Shown here piece after piece: positions 46,974-47,100 of a stretch of 47,100 nt of DNA. Every line of letters begins with the position of its first letter. Within the stretch, counting starts at the first letter, position 1. Under the pieces are notes generated by a model. The model saw only the letters and a list, made by a program, of their open reading frames with translations. It ran no database searches and was not told the origin of the DNA. Made by a program: the position numbers and the translations under genes. Location: the NCBI GenBank assembly GCA_032718475.1, contig JAUCBJ010006282.1:1-47100 (forward strand), given 5' to 3'. The stretch comes from Nemertoderma westbladi. Taxonomy: Eukaryota; Animalia; Xenacoelomorpha.

Positions 46974-47094
46974 TCCATTATCCAACTCGCTCAATATTTA
47001 TCGCAGGGGGGTGGGGGTGGGGGGGGGGGGGGGGGGGGGGGGGTGGTTTCTCTTAAGGTTTCCATTATCCAACTCGCTCAATATTTATCGCAGG
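46974..47094. repeat. 34-bp direct repeat flanking a poly-G tract
   Basis: TCCATTATCCAACTCGCTCAATATTTATCGCAGG at 46974 and 47061. Confidence 0.8.
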
Positions 47095-47100
47095 AGGCGG

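Noticed and set aside
47006-47046. Poly-G tract as a functional G-quadruplex (also G/C runs at 6768, 13797, 19029, 19345, 39436)
   Set aside because: Homopolymer runs are frequent in this window and their lengths are error-prone; no functional context.

Overview
Eukaryotic, AT-rich, repeat-dominated animal DNA, very probably from a ctenophore (inferred from the protein alone). The only host gene I can support is a complete six-exon innexin (gap junction/hemichannel family) on the + strand, 21398-46384. I assembled it by hand from GT-AG exons: 1200 nt, 399 aa plus stop, phases consistent. Its introns are inflated by tandem arrays and transposons. Intron 4 holds an ~8 kb array of a 26-bp TTAA-rich satellite with higher-order repeat structure, into which an apparently intact Kolobok-type DNA transposon (TTAA TSD, 16-bp TIRs, ~575-aa DDE transposase) has inserted. 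Intron 5 holds a 35/37-bp minisatellite interrupted by a broken hAT element ending in a perfect palindrome, plus a GC-rich minisatellite that grew inside a tRNA-derived SINE. Intron 3 holds an Academ-like deleted element, a CRE-type retrotransposon tail and a hairpin plus hammerhead-like motif. The upstream 21 kb contains decayed LINEs (RTE, CR1/L2-like, CRE), MITEs, SINEs, a 1.6 kb (GTAGCT)n tract and several Penelope-type terminal repeats with minimal hammerhead ribozyme-like motifs. I see no convincing new multi-gene system; the most interesting signals concern repeat and transposon dynamics and the ribozyme-like motifs. All family assignments are from recalled motifs, not database searches.
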